Assembly (NCBI GenBank): GCA_034226945.1
Contig: CP120457.1
Location: forward strand, 310,001 to 374,000
Direction: 5' to 3'
Length of the DNA: 64,000 bases
Origin: Picochlorum sp. SENEW3
Lineage: Eukaryota
The position numbers and the translations under genes are program-made. This document shows positions 33,801 through 48,800 of the stretch, piece by piece. Each line of letters begins with the position of its first letter. The first letter of the stretch is position 1. The notes below the pieces were generated by a model. The model had not been told where the DNA came from. It ran no database searches and was given only the letters and a program-made list of their open reading frames with translations.

Positions 33801-36800
33801 AGCAAGACAATATTCAGCATATTTTGACTGGCAGCCCAATTTGCCACTTGGAACCCAAGTGTACCCATTCCACCAGTGATGACAATAGCATTTTCTGTTC
33901 CTGTATCCTCACGTTGGGACATATGAGAAGCACTGACAACGATCTTTCCAACATGCCTTGCCTGAGACATTTGTCTCAGCGCTGACGACACATTGCTCAT
34001 GCTATGTGATACGAATGGAAGAGGTTTCAGATAACCTTCAGCAGCCCCTGCAGAAACAGACATCAAAGCAGAATGCAGTGCATCCTCCGGCATAAAGTCA
34101 ACTGCCAGAAGAGAATATTGAATATCTGGCCTTTCCTGCGATGATCTGCTGGAGCTCCAAATATCTCGCTTGCTGATTTCAACAAATCTTCCACCCATAT
34201 CTATAGCTGCCAGGGACGCAGCCACCATGCCACTTGAAGTCAAGCTGTTAAGCACAACATTAACTGGTCCACAGAGCATCACATCAGATGCAAATATTGT
34301 ATCTCGAGATCCTAGTGCATCTGAAACTCCTAGGCTACGTACCAAGAAACGCTTGTTTGAGCTTCCGGCAGTAGCAACTGTCCTTGCACCTTTGGATGTG
34401 GCCATTTGAATAGCAGCAAGTCCTACACCCCCTGCAGCTGCATGCATCAATAGAGTCTCTCCTTTTTGAATTGAAGCGATCTTATTCAGGGCTGTATCCA
34501 CAGTTATGAAGACAGTTGGCATTGTAGCAGCTTCTTGGAAAGTGATTCCTTCTGGGATGGGGACCAATGTCTTTTCAGATGCTAAAACATGGCTTCCTAA
34601 GCTTCCAGCTGCCAAACCAAATACCCGTTGCCCAATCGTAAGAATGGATCCATCAGGAGAAACTCTTGTAACAACTCCTGAACAGTCACCGCCAGGATCT
34701 CCAGGATCCCCAGGGTACATGCCCAGAACGTTGAGGACGTCTCTAAAGTTGATTCCAACAGATTGTACCTGTATCTCAACCTTACCAACACCGACTGCAT
34801 CAATTTCCACAGGTTCTGGAACTAGATTACCAAATGCACCTCTTGGTCGAGGCATGAGGTGGTACGCAGGAGGCTTTTGGCGCTGAGTGCTCTCCAACAG
34901 TACAGCTAGATCTGCAGCATTGCCGCTGACAAGGCTTCCATATCCATCAGAGACAGAAGGTTCAGATAGAATGGAAATCTCTGTACCATGTTGCTTTTTC
35001 ATGTTGATATCCGTAAGATAGCCAGTATTTGTCAAGCCTGGCATCTCAGCTGCAAGGGATCGAATCATACCCCAATCTCCCTGAGCTTGTTCTCCAAACT
35101 TGTTATTGCCATGTGTAGAATTGACAGAAACTGCCAACTCCTCTCTGGTGGCAATACATTTCAGAGCTGAAAGCATGTTACCAGCATGCTGCGTTGCATG
35201 ATCCTGATATTTTACCGAGATGAGATTGCCTTGTATCTCAACCCCATGGTGAACATGGTCAACTTGTCTCTGTACAGTGTACGTGATATTTTCATTCACA
35301 ACTCTTCTGGAAACCTGTCGGCCAGAGGATGTCATAGGCTTTGCAAGGAGACCTTGAAGATGCATTATATCCGCACCATCGCTTGTCTGCAGCCGATGAT
35401 CGCGGAGCGTGCCTCCCAGATGCTCACTTGATCTTGCCTTTGACTGGGCCATGATCTGCTCCCTGCTGTGGACTGAATCCACGACAACGAAAGCATCTAT
35501 GGCAGCAGGCACAAATGTCTCATCTTTAGAAACTCCATCCTCTTCGATCACCGCGCCAAGTTGGAATGTATTGTCCAGCACGCTTGGGTGAATTTTGTAT
35601 CCTGTTGTGATATTCGTAGCATCTCCTACCACAATCTGTGAACAGGCATCTGTTCTATTTCCATGGATATTGCGCATTCTCCTAAATGCAGGTCCATACT
35701 GAAGACCTGCTGAGTTCATTTCACTGTATATGTGTCCAGAATCTCTTGGTAGACTGCACTGTGCCCTGACTACTTCCATTGATTTCCTTGAACCAGTTTC
35801 AAGATTCCTGCGGCCATTTCTGTCAATCTGTACTGCTTGATTAAAATGTGCACTCAAGTGACTGATCTCGTTGGACTTACTACGAGATATAATATTAATC
35901 TTGAAGTCATCTAGGCTCAATTGAAGAACGAGGGACACGCCTCCTGGACTGTCAGATGCTATCACTAGTGGTGCACTGATGGATGCATTGGCAACACAAG
36001 CAACAGGCGAAGGTAGCTTCGCCAAAGATGAATTAGACGCCACCGCAAGCTCGAGATATGCTGCTCCTGGCAAAATGGCTGAACCATTAATTTGGTGGTC
36101 CCTCATGTCAGCCAAACAAGGAGAATCAAGCTGACAAGAGAGTTCCACTGAACGACCCATTTTAACACTCTGGAGCAGGAATGGGTGGTAACTCGTTAAA
36201 ACTTCAACATGGGATCTCAAAGTAGAGTGCCATTCAAACTGGTGATCTGTTTCAAATCCATCTAGGCTAGAAATGATGGCATGAGCGTTCACTCCACTCA
36301 TGCCGAATGAACTTGTACCAGAGAATGTTGCATCACTTGGAGAGCTCTGAATCGGCAACCGATGTGCCTTATTCCACCCAGTAAACGAATTCTTGACATA
36401 TTCGTTCATGTTTCTGTAGCGCAGGGGATGTGCATACTGATATGCCAGTTGGACTCTGCAAAGCATGAGGCCTGCCAGTCCGGCTGTTCCTTCCAGGTGT
36501 CCTGTCAAAGTCTTAGATGCCCCAACCGTGAAGGATTCGTTGGATTTGCTGGAGGAAATCGCTTTCCTGAGGGCTCCAGTCTCTATTGGATCACCCAATG
36601 GGGTACCTGTGCCATGCGATGCAACATAGCCCAAATTGTGAACATGTGCCTGTTGCATGGATTGAATGATCAGGTTTTGCTGAGATGGTCCGTGAGGCGC
36701 AGTCAAACCAGCGCTTCGGCCATCTTGGTTCACAGAAGATCCTGCGACTCTAGCCAAAGCATCAGATTTGCACTGATCCAAACGCTGAAGCACAAGAGAA

Positions 36801-39800
36801 ACAAAACCTTCTCCTCTACCATAACCGTCTGCTTCAGCTCCAAATGCTTTACATCTTCCATCTGGTGACAAGGCATGGACTTGGGTCATTGCAGAGCTCG
36901 CTGCTCTGGGGAGAAGCATGGCATTTACTCCTGATGGTGTCGCTTGCAAACAGTCTTCTAAAGCAATGCCTCTTGAAGCTAGATGATAAGCCACGAGGGA
37001 CGAAGAGCAGGCTGTGTTCGTCGGGACACATGGTCCGACCAGACCAAATGTGTACGAGATTCTTCCTGACATAAATGCCAGGCCATTTCCAGTTACCATG
37101 TGTGCTCCTGTGGGAATATTCAACGAAGACAGCAAATCGCCGTACTCAAGCCATATGCAACCAACATAAACGCCAGTTGAACTGCCAGAGAGATTTCGAG
37201 AAGATAAATTTGCAGACTGGAAGGCATTTTGAGTTTCTTCAAGAAGAATACGCTGCTGCGGATCCATTAGCGAAGCTTCACCCACTGGGAGGCCAAACAT
37301 TTGCTCATCAAATTTGAAGAGCGATTCCACATAGGTTCCTATGCGTGTGGACACTCTTCCTGCTCCACCACTTGGATGATACCAAATTTCACTATCCCAT
37401 CTGGATAGCGGGCTTGGCTGATGAAGCTCTGTGCATCCATCAAATGCCTCATGCAGTTCTTTTTCGGAAGTTATTCTCCCAGCAAATCGCATCGACATAC
37501 CACTGATGACAATGTCACCGTGTACTGGTGAGATGAATTCTGGTTCTGCAGCCAGAATCTCCATTGTACTCTCTTGTCCACCTAATGCATCCATAATATA
37601 TTCCGCTATGGCTTCCTGGGTGGGATAGTCAAATGTCAATGTTGATGGCAGCTCCAAGCCAAATTCTTTGCCTAATGCATTCCTGAGCTCTACTGCACCA
37701 AGAGAGTCTAAACCAGCCTCCATCAGAGAGGCAGATGCAGGAACAGAAGTACCAATGACAGCAGCAGTCAAATCAGAAATCTTGCTCATGATCGTATCTT
37801 TATTGATCGAGGGATTCGCTGACTTTCTCGGTGCAGTGTCCACATGCGCAACTTCTGAGCTTTCCTTCAAGGTGGCTTCAAGGTAGTCCACAATGGCCTC
37901 TTGCGTCGGATAATCAAAGGTTAATGTGGCCGGCAACTCTAAGCCAAACTCTTTGCCCAATGAATTCCTGAGCTCCACTGCGCCGAGAGAGTCTAATCCA
38001 GCTTCCATCAGTGAGGCAGATGCAGGGACAGAGGTGCCGATGACTGCAGTGGTGACAGTGGCAACCTTGCTCATAATCGCATCCTTGCTCACCAAGTTTG
38101 ATGGTTGTGGCACCACCGAGGAAGCCCCCCGAGAGGCGCGTAAATTTCGTGCTTCTTGTGGCGTAAAGTTCTCAAACAAGGTTGTTCGAGATCTGAGGCG
38201 CTTGGTGAAGATCGACCAATCGAATGGATTGGCACCTATTATTGGCTTGCTGAATGTAGAGACCACACCTTCCAATACTCTCAACCCTTGGTCTGGCTGG
38301 ACCATTCCCATTCCCATTCTCTTGACTCGCAATTCAGTCTCTTTCGAAGCCATTCCACCGCTTGACCAAGCTCCCCATTGGATACTTACTGCTCTACAGC
38401 CCAATGATTGAAGATTGCTTGCTAATGTGTCCAGGGCAGCATTTGCTCCACTGTAGTTGAGCTGCCCAGGGGCACCCAGGAGAGATGCCACCGAAGAAAA
38501 CATGACTTGATTGCGCAAAGGAAGCTGTGGTGCAACACCTAGTAATTCCTGTGCTGGAATCAATTTGGATCCATATACTGTTCTGAAGCCTCCAAGGGAC
38601 TGCCGACTGATGGTTGCATCTGCAAGTACACCTGCTGCATGAAGCAGCATTGAATGTGGTACTTTGTCTTCTAATGAGAATTCAGTCTCTAATACATTGC
38701 GAAGATCTTCTGTGAGACCCATATCACTCTTGACGATATGAATCTCCACGGTATGATCTTCAGGCATATTGGTAGCACTGAATGCTCCTGTTCTACCAAT
38801 CAGTGTCACTGTTTCAGCTCCTCTTCGAACTGCCCAGCTAGTCGCTATCTGGCCAAGGCTGCCAGTGCCTCCTGTGATTAAAGTATTTCGAATTTGAGTA
38901 TTCAAGTCGACATTTTGATTTTCGACCACGATCTTGCCTACATGTCTCGCCTGAGACATCTGCCGCAGAGCTGCACCAACATGTGTTAGATGGTGGCATG
39001 CCAAAGGCAATGGCTTCAGATCATTCCTTGCGACACCTTCGGCGACCCTGAGCAATGACTTATGCAGGGCATCTTCAGACATGAAGTCAACTGCCACAAG
39101 CGAATAGGAAATATCTGGTCTTTCCTGCAGAATTCTCTGCGCGGGCCAGATATCGCGTTTGCTGATTTCAACCACTCGAGCCCCTAAGTTAGACAATGAC
39201 AAGGTTGCTGCAACAAAGCCTGCTGATGTGAGAGTGTTCAGGGCAATGTCAACAGAGCCAACGCTCTCCATAAATGTTTCAACGAATGATAAATCCCTTG
39301 ATGTAGCCGTATGTCCTACCCCAAGGGTTCGCAATAGATTGCGCTTGCTGGGATTTCCAGCAGTAGCCACTATTGTGGCACCAGCTGCCTTCACTACTTG
39401 CAGTGCAGCCAAACCAACTCCTCCAGCTGCTGCATGGATCAGAACTTTATCATTCGATGCAATCGATGCTGCCCTATGCAAAACTGCATCTACTGTAACA
39501 AATACAGTTGGCATAGTCGCTGCAGATGCAAAGGAAACATTATCTGGTTTGGGGACCAGTGTCTTACTTGAGGCCAACACATGGCTACCCAAGCTGCCAG
39601 CAGCCAGGCCAAACACGTGCTGACCAACTTTCAGATTAGATCCAGCAGGGGATTCTATGATGGTTCCAGCGCAGTCACCTCCTGGAGGGCCAGGATCTCC
39701 TGGATACATCCCGAGAACATTGAGGACATCTCTGAAATTAATGCCGACAGCATGAACTTGGAGAAGAACCTCCCCACTTCTGGGATTCAAGGATTCGAGT

Positions 39801-42800
39801 GCAAATGGCTTCAAATTCTTCAAGCTTCCTCTAGGATCCGGAATAAGTTGGTATGGTCCTTGGATACGATTTAACGTAGCTGTGGCCATCGATGGGGTAA
39901 AATCAACCTTTGAGTAGGAGGAAACTCCATAGCCATCAAATGGCACCTGCTCTGAGCTTTCCTGTGACACCGCTACCAGTGCACATGCGCGATGAGATGT
40001 CTCAATCGGGTCGGTTCTGTGACAAGACACATTTGATACCACAGATTCTTGTGCAAATGTCCTCAGCATTCCAAAGAGCTGTCCCCCTTCGTTGGAGGCT
40101 GCTGGCTTTGGCACAACATGCCCATCATGCACCACAGTGTCAAGTGAAACTCCATTAATCAAATGGGCGTGCTGCAAGATATTTGCCACAGAACTCGAAT
40201 TTTCGACAGTATCATGAGTGTCGACAAATTTGAAAGTCGAGTTGAGGCTCTTAGCCTTGTTAGTCAAAGTAGATGCAGTGGATGCACACCAATCAATTGA
40301 GTATGCCATGTCCTCCTCCACTGTCTTTCTTGTCCTGGAAGCAGCCGAGCTAATCTTGCGAGATTCCAAACAGTTTAGACTACAAATCTCGTTGCCCTCT
40401 GAATCAACCAAAAGCAAATCCCTTGAGATGGTGGTGGTAGACTCTTCCATGCCAGCAGATTTCTTTGCGAGGCCAATAACAGTGATCTCAGTGATTCTGT
40501 CTTTTACGCTCATGGCCTTCAAGGAGGCAGGAATCATTGTTTCCTTAGCTCTGGTTGTCTGTATCAATCCTCCAAGTTGTAAAGTGCAGTCAAGCACAGC
40601 AGGATTCAAGATACATTCTGTCTTATTGTGGCTTTGGTCTTGACGCAACTTTGCTGCAGCTGATTCCTTTCCAGCCTTGACCGATCTCATTAGTCTGAAG
40701 TGTTCACCGTACTCTAAACCGGCACTTGAAAACTTGGAGTAGATGTAATTGGTCGCAATTGGTTCGCATGTTTTCACCATCATCAATTCAGGTGAGGTGA
40801 TTGCTTTGTTCTCGGCGTCTTGGACAAGAGCCCGAGAAACCTGGCCTGCAATATGCTTCGAGGGTGATTGGATACTCATCGTCCCATCTGATAATTCAAT
40901 GACTATCTTGGCATACAGCCTTCTGGAGTGTTCCATGTTCATTAGGAGAGGTGAGGCAAAAACAATGCTGTTGAAGACACTTCCAGGAAGTGCTCCAAGT
41001 ACAGAAACAGCCTCTGCCATAATTTCCATGTAACCGGCTCCAGGGAACACGGAATTGCCCGAAACTACGTGAGACCTGATGTGAGCATGCAACGGTCGGG
41101 ATAAATTTACCTCAAATGACACTTTGCCACCAGTGCATTCTGTCTTTGTCAGGAAAGGCATAGCAACAGGCAATACTGACACGTGTACCATTTCCCAAGG
41201 AACATACAGGTCGCTAACCTCCATCGTTTGTACTCCACCCCGAACAATAGCATGCGCATTTGTACCTTGGAATGCAAATGAACTAATTCCTGCATAGCAT
41301 CCCGTGAGTGATGATTTCGGGTTTCCTGCTGCGATTCTTGGCAGAGCAAACTTCAAGGAGTTTTGTGATAGTGATGCTCTGGCATAGGAATTAGCTTCTG
41401 TCAGGTGCATTATCGGTTGCAGTGCCATGAAATTTGAGGCCGTGTATGCATGAAGGACTCCCAGTAATCCTGCTGATGGTTCTGTATGACCAAATGATGT
41501 CTTTCCTGCCATTAATGACAGGTTTTCATTGTTTCCACTATGGACTGCTGATATAGCTCCGACCTCAATAGGGTCTCCGAGAGGAGTGCCAGTACCGTGC
41601 ATCTGTATAAATGATATCTCTTTGGCGAGTACATTACCAGCCATCAATGCATCTTTCATCACAGTCTGTTGAGCTGGACCATTTGGTGCAGTCAATGCAC
41701 TGGACTTGCCGTCTTGGTTGACTCCAGTGCCGATAATATGGCATTCACATCCCTCTCTCTCTTCCGAGATCTGCTCAACAATGAGAGTTATGCCAGCTTC
41801 TCCTCTTACGTAGCCATTTGCGCCATCATCAAGCGTCTTACACCTGCCATCTGCTGCCAACATACCGGCTCTGTTGAACATTGCCGATGTCTCTGGAGTA
41901 AGTATCAGCTTAATGCCAGAAACAATGCTAGAGTGGTATGGCGAATTCTGCATGGACGAGCATGCCATGTGCATTCCTACCATAGAGGAAGAGCAGGCAG
42001 TGTCAATGCTGACTGCAGGCCCATTAAGATTGTACAAGAAGGCTAATCGACCAGATGCAACACTAAGTGCACTTCCAGTGGCACTATATGTACTGATACT
42101 ACTGTAGACTTTTGCAATATCTGCGAAATCTGGTGTAGAAATACCTACATAGGTCCCTACATTAGAGCCTTTCCAAGCATTTTTTGATCTCAACTGCGAT
42201 ATCGCTTCTTCTACCATTTGAAGAATGAGCCTTTGTTGAGGATCCGTCAACGCAGCTTCTGAAATTGAAGTACCAAAGACCTGGTGATCGAACATGAAGA
42301 CATTCTGCAAGAAAGCTCCAAACCTCACGGACAAATCCTCCGTCAAATGGATCTCCGAGTCCCATCTTGATGTTGGTATCATTGATATATTGTCCTGGTA
42401 GTCTATGATGCCATCTGTGCCTGGCAAACGGCATGCGGAGCTGGTTACCCCAAGTGAAACCTTGGTGAAATTGTTCAGTTGCTGGCTAAATTCTTCCTGT
42501 ATCTCCAGCGTCTCCTCGGGGCGAAGCACACTATCGATATACCCAGAGATTGATGATATTGTAGGATAATCGAACACGAGCGTCGACGGAAGTTCCATTC
42601 CCAAGCGAGACTCCAAGCCATTTCTCAATTCAACTGCCCCCAAAGAATCAAGACCAGCTGCCATGAGCGGTTCTTCAGGACCAACTTCACCACCGATTAT
42701 AGACCATGCAACCTCCTCAACCTCTGCCTGAATTTTCTGCGCATCAATGGCTATTGTCGGACGCGAAATGGAGGCATTAGTCACCCCCAACATGCTATCA

Positions 42801-45800
42801 GTGGTCCACTTCTGCTGCTTGTATAAGTCAAAGAAGAATGGAACCTCATCTTTGGTATTTTCTAGGAATTTTGGCCAATCAATTGGCGATATAGCAATGT
42901 TTGCTTTGGCATGTTCTGGCGTGCTCCACGCAATGCTTTTGAGAACAGCTGATAAACTGGACATCCCAGATTTTGCTGAGAGAGCACCAAGTCCCATGGC
43001 TTCCATTTTCGACGAGGTTTCCGACGCCATTCCTCCAGATTTCCAGGCTCCAAATTGTGCACTCACTGTCATAATTCCCATCAACTGGTCAGCGTCAGCC
43101 AGACTATCCAGCCAAGAATTAGCTGCACTGTAGTTCATCTGCCCTATGGATCCCAGTAGAGATGCCATAGATGAGAAGAAGAAACGCAATTGGAATGGTT
43201 CATAGGCCATGAAAGAATCAATGTTATTTGCTCCTTGAGTTTTAGGAGCAAAAACCTGACGAATGCTTGTCGCAGACTGATTGTATATCGTAGCATCACT
43301 CAGAACTCCACCGGCATGGAAAAGGCTTGAAAAGTGCTGTGATGCCTCACCTCTGAAAGCTTGAACGTCGGCGAAGATGGATGTATCGCTCTTCATGATT
43401 GTCAACAAGTTCCTATGAAGTTTTGCGAATTCCGGTGAAGTCCGGTAGGCCCCAGTTCTGGCTGAGATTGTGACATACCCGCTCTTTTGGTCCATGAGCC
43501 ATTTAGTTACAAGAGATCCCAGGGCTCCTGTGCCACCAGTAACGAGGGATTGGCCGAGCTCGATGCTTGACTGCAGTAACAATGGTCTCACGACGATCTT
43601 CCCGATGTGCCGAGCTTGAGACATCTGTCGAAGAGCATCAATGATTGATGCCATATTATGGCTTATTAGTGGGAGTGGGAACAGCTTGCTCCGTGCTACT
43701 CCATCGGAAACCCTCATCAATGCATTGTGTATTGCTTGAGCGGACATGAAATCAACTGCTAACAGATTATAATCGATGTCCGGCCTTTCTTGCAACATCC
43801 TCTCAGTACACCAGATATCTCTTTTGCTGATCTCCACAAATCCACCTCCACGAGCAAGAGTTGAGAGCGTAGCAGCAACAAACCCGGGAGATGTAAGTGT
43901 ATTGATGACTGATGTAGCACCTTGGGAGCATACAATCATGTCTTCTGCGAAGGATGGAGATCGGGAGTTGACAGTGCAATTAGCTCCAATTCCCCGAAGC
44001 ATTTCTCGCTTTGAGACATTTCCCGCTGTGACGACAGGCACTGCGCCCGCAGCTGCAATTACTTGCATTGCAGCTAGGCCAACACCCCCCGCTGCTCCGT
44101 GAATCAACACCTTATCCTTGGACTTAATGTTCAATGTGCGATTCAGTGCAACATCAACAGTGACAAAGACTGTGGGCATGGTGGATGCTTGTTCAAATGT
44201 GATGTTATCTGGCATTGGTACCAGCGTTTGGCTGGAAGCATATACGTGACTGGCAAGGCATCCTCCGGCCAGACCGAATACTGCATCTCCGGGGCTGGCA
44301 ATGATTTCACCATTATGCTTCAGGTGCCCCTCTAACAGCACTCCTGCACAGTCACCACCTGGATCCCCAGGGTCGCCAGGATACATCCCGAGCACATTCA
44401 AGACATCTCTGAAATTAATTCCAACTGATTTGACCTCAACAAGCACTTGGTCATCCGACAATGGCAAGTCCAAGGTGAGAGGTTGGGGTTTCAGATCAGA
44501 AAGAGCACCTCTGGGCAGAGGCAGCAGCTGATATGTTGAATGCATCTCTGTGGCTTCTGAATCAACCATTTGAGGTCTGTACAGAATACTACCTTCAATA
44601 CTCTCTCCAAATTGATCGACGTTTCCCACCGAATCTTTTCTCATACCAACGGCTTGGTTATGCTGCAAAGTGCTCCGATACCTGATTCCCCAAGAAATCT
44701 GCGGAGCTTCCTGGCCCAAAGTCCTGAAGAATCCCCCCAAGGCTCTTGTAGAAAGATAGTTACTATATAGAGAAGCAGGTCCGGCTGGTGATGCATGAGA
44801 AATGCCAGAGGACAAAGTTTCAAAGAGTAGTCCTTTCCCTGACGTCTGCAGCATGGATGATCTGATGCCTTCCAAAGTCGCTGTTGCTAGGTCTGAGGGA
44901 TTTCGGGACGCCAAGAGTTTCCAGCAGAAGTCCTCATGCATATCTTCACTCCGTTTGGCAGGTTCATAACCGACAAGACCACATGCATAGAGAGTGCGCT
45001 CTAACTTCATAGGCTGCACCAGTTTCTGATGAGATCCCATGCTCTTTGCCTCCAAGCTTTTCACTGAGCAGATTGATTCAAATACTTTCTGCTTCATTGC
45101 ATAGTCACTTTTCATACCATCTTCTGAAGGAAGGGGTACAGTCACTCCCCAAGCAGATTCGTTAGATGTGGTCAGGTCTTTTGCTCCTGATCCAGTAGCG
45201 ATGCAACCAACAGATGCAGGAACGTAAACATCTGAGCCATCTACAAATACCTGCCCAAGCTGAAGGAATGAATCAAATACCGCCGGATCGAGATACATTG
45301 AAGATCTCTCTGTCTTGCTATTCAGGCGACACACAGCAGGTTTGCTGAAAATATCTGTCATTGGCTGTACCAAGGTCCAATACATAGGGTGATTGAGATT
45401 CTCCTGAGTACTTCGAACAAAGCGGCCTAGGCAACCATGCATATGCGTTTGACTTGTGCCATGTTGGTACGATTGTATTGTTGTTGTCCCGCTGCACAGT
45501 TCAACTGCAGTCTCCAGGATTTGAATTTCCTCCGTGTGACTCAGCATCAAGGGTGCAGGGATGGACACTTCTTGGATACTCATCTCTGACATGTTGGCAA
45601 TGCACATAAGTCTTCCGGCAGCAAGTGATGCCTCGAAATATCCTGCTCCAGGGAAGATATTCTTCTCCAGTACTGTATGATCATATAAGTATGCCATTGG
45701 TGGAGAATCTAATCGAGCTTGGAGCCGCGTGGTATCCTTGCTTCCTATTGTTACTGAGTCCAGGAACAGATGAATGAGCGGAACCACATAGTGCAAAGAA

Positions 45801-48800
45801 CGAGAATATGGTATCTGTTCATCTAATACACAATGTGCAGAGTCGCTTCCCGTTAGAACAGCGTGAGCATTTGTTCCTTGGAAGGCAAAAGCACTAACTC
45901 CCATGTTCTGGGAGGCAACAGCTTGGGTTTGTGCAGACTTCTCCCTGGGAAGCAGAACACAATCTTTCTTCGAGAGATTTGACTCGACATACGGATTCAG
46001 ATTTCGCAGGTGAGTCAACTGAATGAGTTTGGAGAATGACAAGCTGGCTGTCGCGAGGAAGAGCCCAGCCATCCCTGCCGCTGGTTCACCATGACCAACC
46101 CATGCTTTGCTTGCCATGAAGGTGAATGGATCACTAGTGTGTTTTCCATAAGCAGCAATTGCTGCCCCAATTTCAATAGGGTCTCCAAGGGATGTCCCTG
46201 TACCGTGCATAGACAAGCCTTGGATATCTGAAGGCACCAAGCCAGCCTGTTGGGTTGCAGCTAGGATCACAGAAGTTTGTGATGGCCCATTTGGTGCTGT
46301 CAATGAGCTTGATCTGCCATCCTGATTCACCGCACTCCCACATATCGTGACATTCAGGGATGTTTTGTCTGGATCAATGCTGTCGTTTGCTTCAAGAGTT
46401 AAGCAAGCACACATCTCTCCCCTCACATACCCATCTGCACTAGCATCCAATGCTTTACACCTTCCAGATGGAGTGAGCATACTGGCCGCCCAAACATATG
46501 ATGTCGAGGTGACAGTGCATTGCACATGGGCTCCTGATGCATATGACAGGGCACTTCTGCCACTAGCAATGTCTCTTGCTGCAATATGGGTGGCAACAAG
46601 AGAAGCTGAGCAAGCAGTGTCAATGCTCAAACTGGGACCTTGGAAGCCAAATGTATACGAAATACGTCCACAGGCCACAGAAAGAGCATTTGAAGTTGCA
46701 TGAAATGCGCCTTTCTCGGCATATGCATGTACGAGGGATCCATAGTCTGAGCTGGCCAAGCCAATGTAGACACCTCTATGCGAGCCTGCCTCAGAAGAAT
46801 GATACGCTATCAAGGAGCGACCAATAAGCTCTAAAAGCAAACGCTGCTGGGGATCAATCAGCGAAGCCTCTGATTGAGAGATCGAGAATGCAGTGGTATC
46901 GAAAAAGCCAATATCTTCCAGGAACGCCCCAAACCTTGCACTTGTAGAACCGTGTTGCTCAATATTCCACCTGTCAAATGGTACTGTGCCGACGACATCT
47001 ACTGATTCATCGAAAAGAAGACCACTATCTGGTGAATTTTCGTTGTAATGAACGATTCCAACACGAGAGTCATACGCTGATGCCTTGACGACCAACTTGT
47101 CTTTCTCTGCTGTGATCACCTCAGGCTCAAACAATGTTTGGATGAACTGAGACATGGATTGTACGGTGGGATAATCGAATACAATAGTGGATGGAAGTTG
47201 TACCTCGAATGCTGTTTCGAGAGCATTACGAAGTTCAACAGCACCCAAGGAGTCCAATCCAGATGCCATGAGTGGCTCCGATAATCCTACAGAAGATCCT
47301 ATGATTCTCTCAACGGATTTCGCGACAACATCGGTAATTTCGGTTGCCTTTCTTTCTGTAAGAGCTGGCCTCATAGTATGCTCCACTTCTTCTACATTCA
47401 CTTCAGCTACAGCAAAGTCCTCGATGAAAGAATGCAGACCATGTGCATCCCCCTTGCCAAACTTATTCCAGTCAAATGGTATGGCACCAACCACAGGTTG
47501 CGACAGATCAAAAATCTTCTCAAACATTCTCAGGCTATTTTCAATCGACAAGACGCCGATACCCATGCGTTCAAGGCGAATACTCGTTGATTTGTCACGT
47601 GTAGCCATTCCTGCTGAGGCCCATGCCCCCCACTGAACACTTTTTGAAGAATATCCCTGATTTTCTAATGAAGCTGCATAGTAATCCAGGGCTGCATTAG
47701 CAGCAGAATAGCTGATTTGTCCTGGAGATCCCATCATTGAGGCGATTGATGAGTACATGACATATGATGACAATCTGCTATTTCTGGTTGCATCAAATAT
47801 TTTGTGGACAGCGACAGATTTGGGGGCAGCTACCAATCTAAAATCTCGAAGAGACTGGTTTGTGATTGTAGAATCTCTCAAAATTCCTCCTGCAATATGT
47901 AGGCAGCCTTCTATGTCTTCAAGCAACACCAAGTCACTGTTGTGCGATGCGTCACACTTGCTTGAAGATAAGGCACCGTCAAATGTTGATAGGCCACGCA
48001 TTGAACCAGGTATACTTCCGGATCGACTTGAAAGGTGAATGGTATTGGCTTGATCAGATAAAAGCCAGCCTACCATTGTTCCGGCAAGAGCCCCAGATCC
48101 GCCTGTAATATGGTGCACCTTGCCCATCGTACTTCTAGACAACGGTTCTGCCTCTTCTTTCTTGCAACGGCATATTTGAGGATTCTTGACAACAGACCCA
48201 TATACAGCTCCACCATATATTCCATATTCTGGATTTGTTCGGTCCATTATCTGCCACCTTGTCTTTTGCAAAGTACTGAATCTCATAGCAATGTGATTCC
48301 CTGGATGCTCCTGAGCATAGGACTTGAGCATTCCATGCAATTGAAGAGGACTTGGATTGTCATGACTTTGGCAGATTGATGTTGCATGATCTGGAAGGAA
48401 GCATCCTGATGCACTGAAGTCCTGATCAAGTTGATCCATTTGCTGCATTGCTGCCAGTGCAGATTCCGGGCTCTGACCCTTAACACACCAGCCAAACTCT
48501 TGGCTTATCTGCTCAGGCTCTGTTGCCCTCCATTCGATGTGATAAATATGTTCATCTTTACTCCTTCCAGAGAATACAGAGGGTATTTGGCTTCTCGACG
48601 TGATCACGCCATCCACTGCCAGCAGATTGTCTGATTCTTGTTTCAAGGAGGTGTCATCAAACGATAAGAAAGAAGGCTCTGTGCGATGTGATTGTCTGCC
48701 TAATGCCATTATATCAAATGAAACAGCGATTCCGGCGATTGATACACAAGATAAGGCTGCATCCAAAGATACAGACGGGTCTCCACCAACATAATGACAG

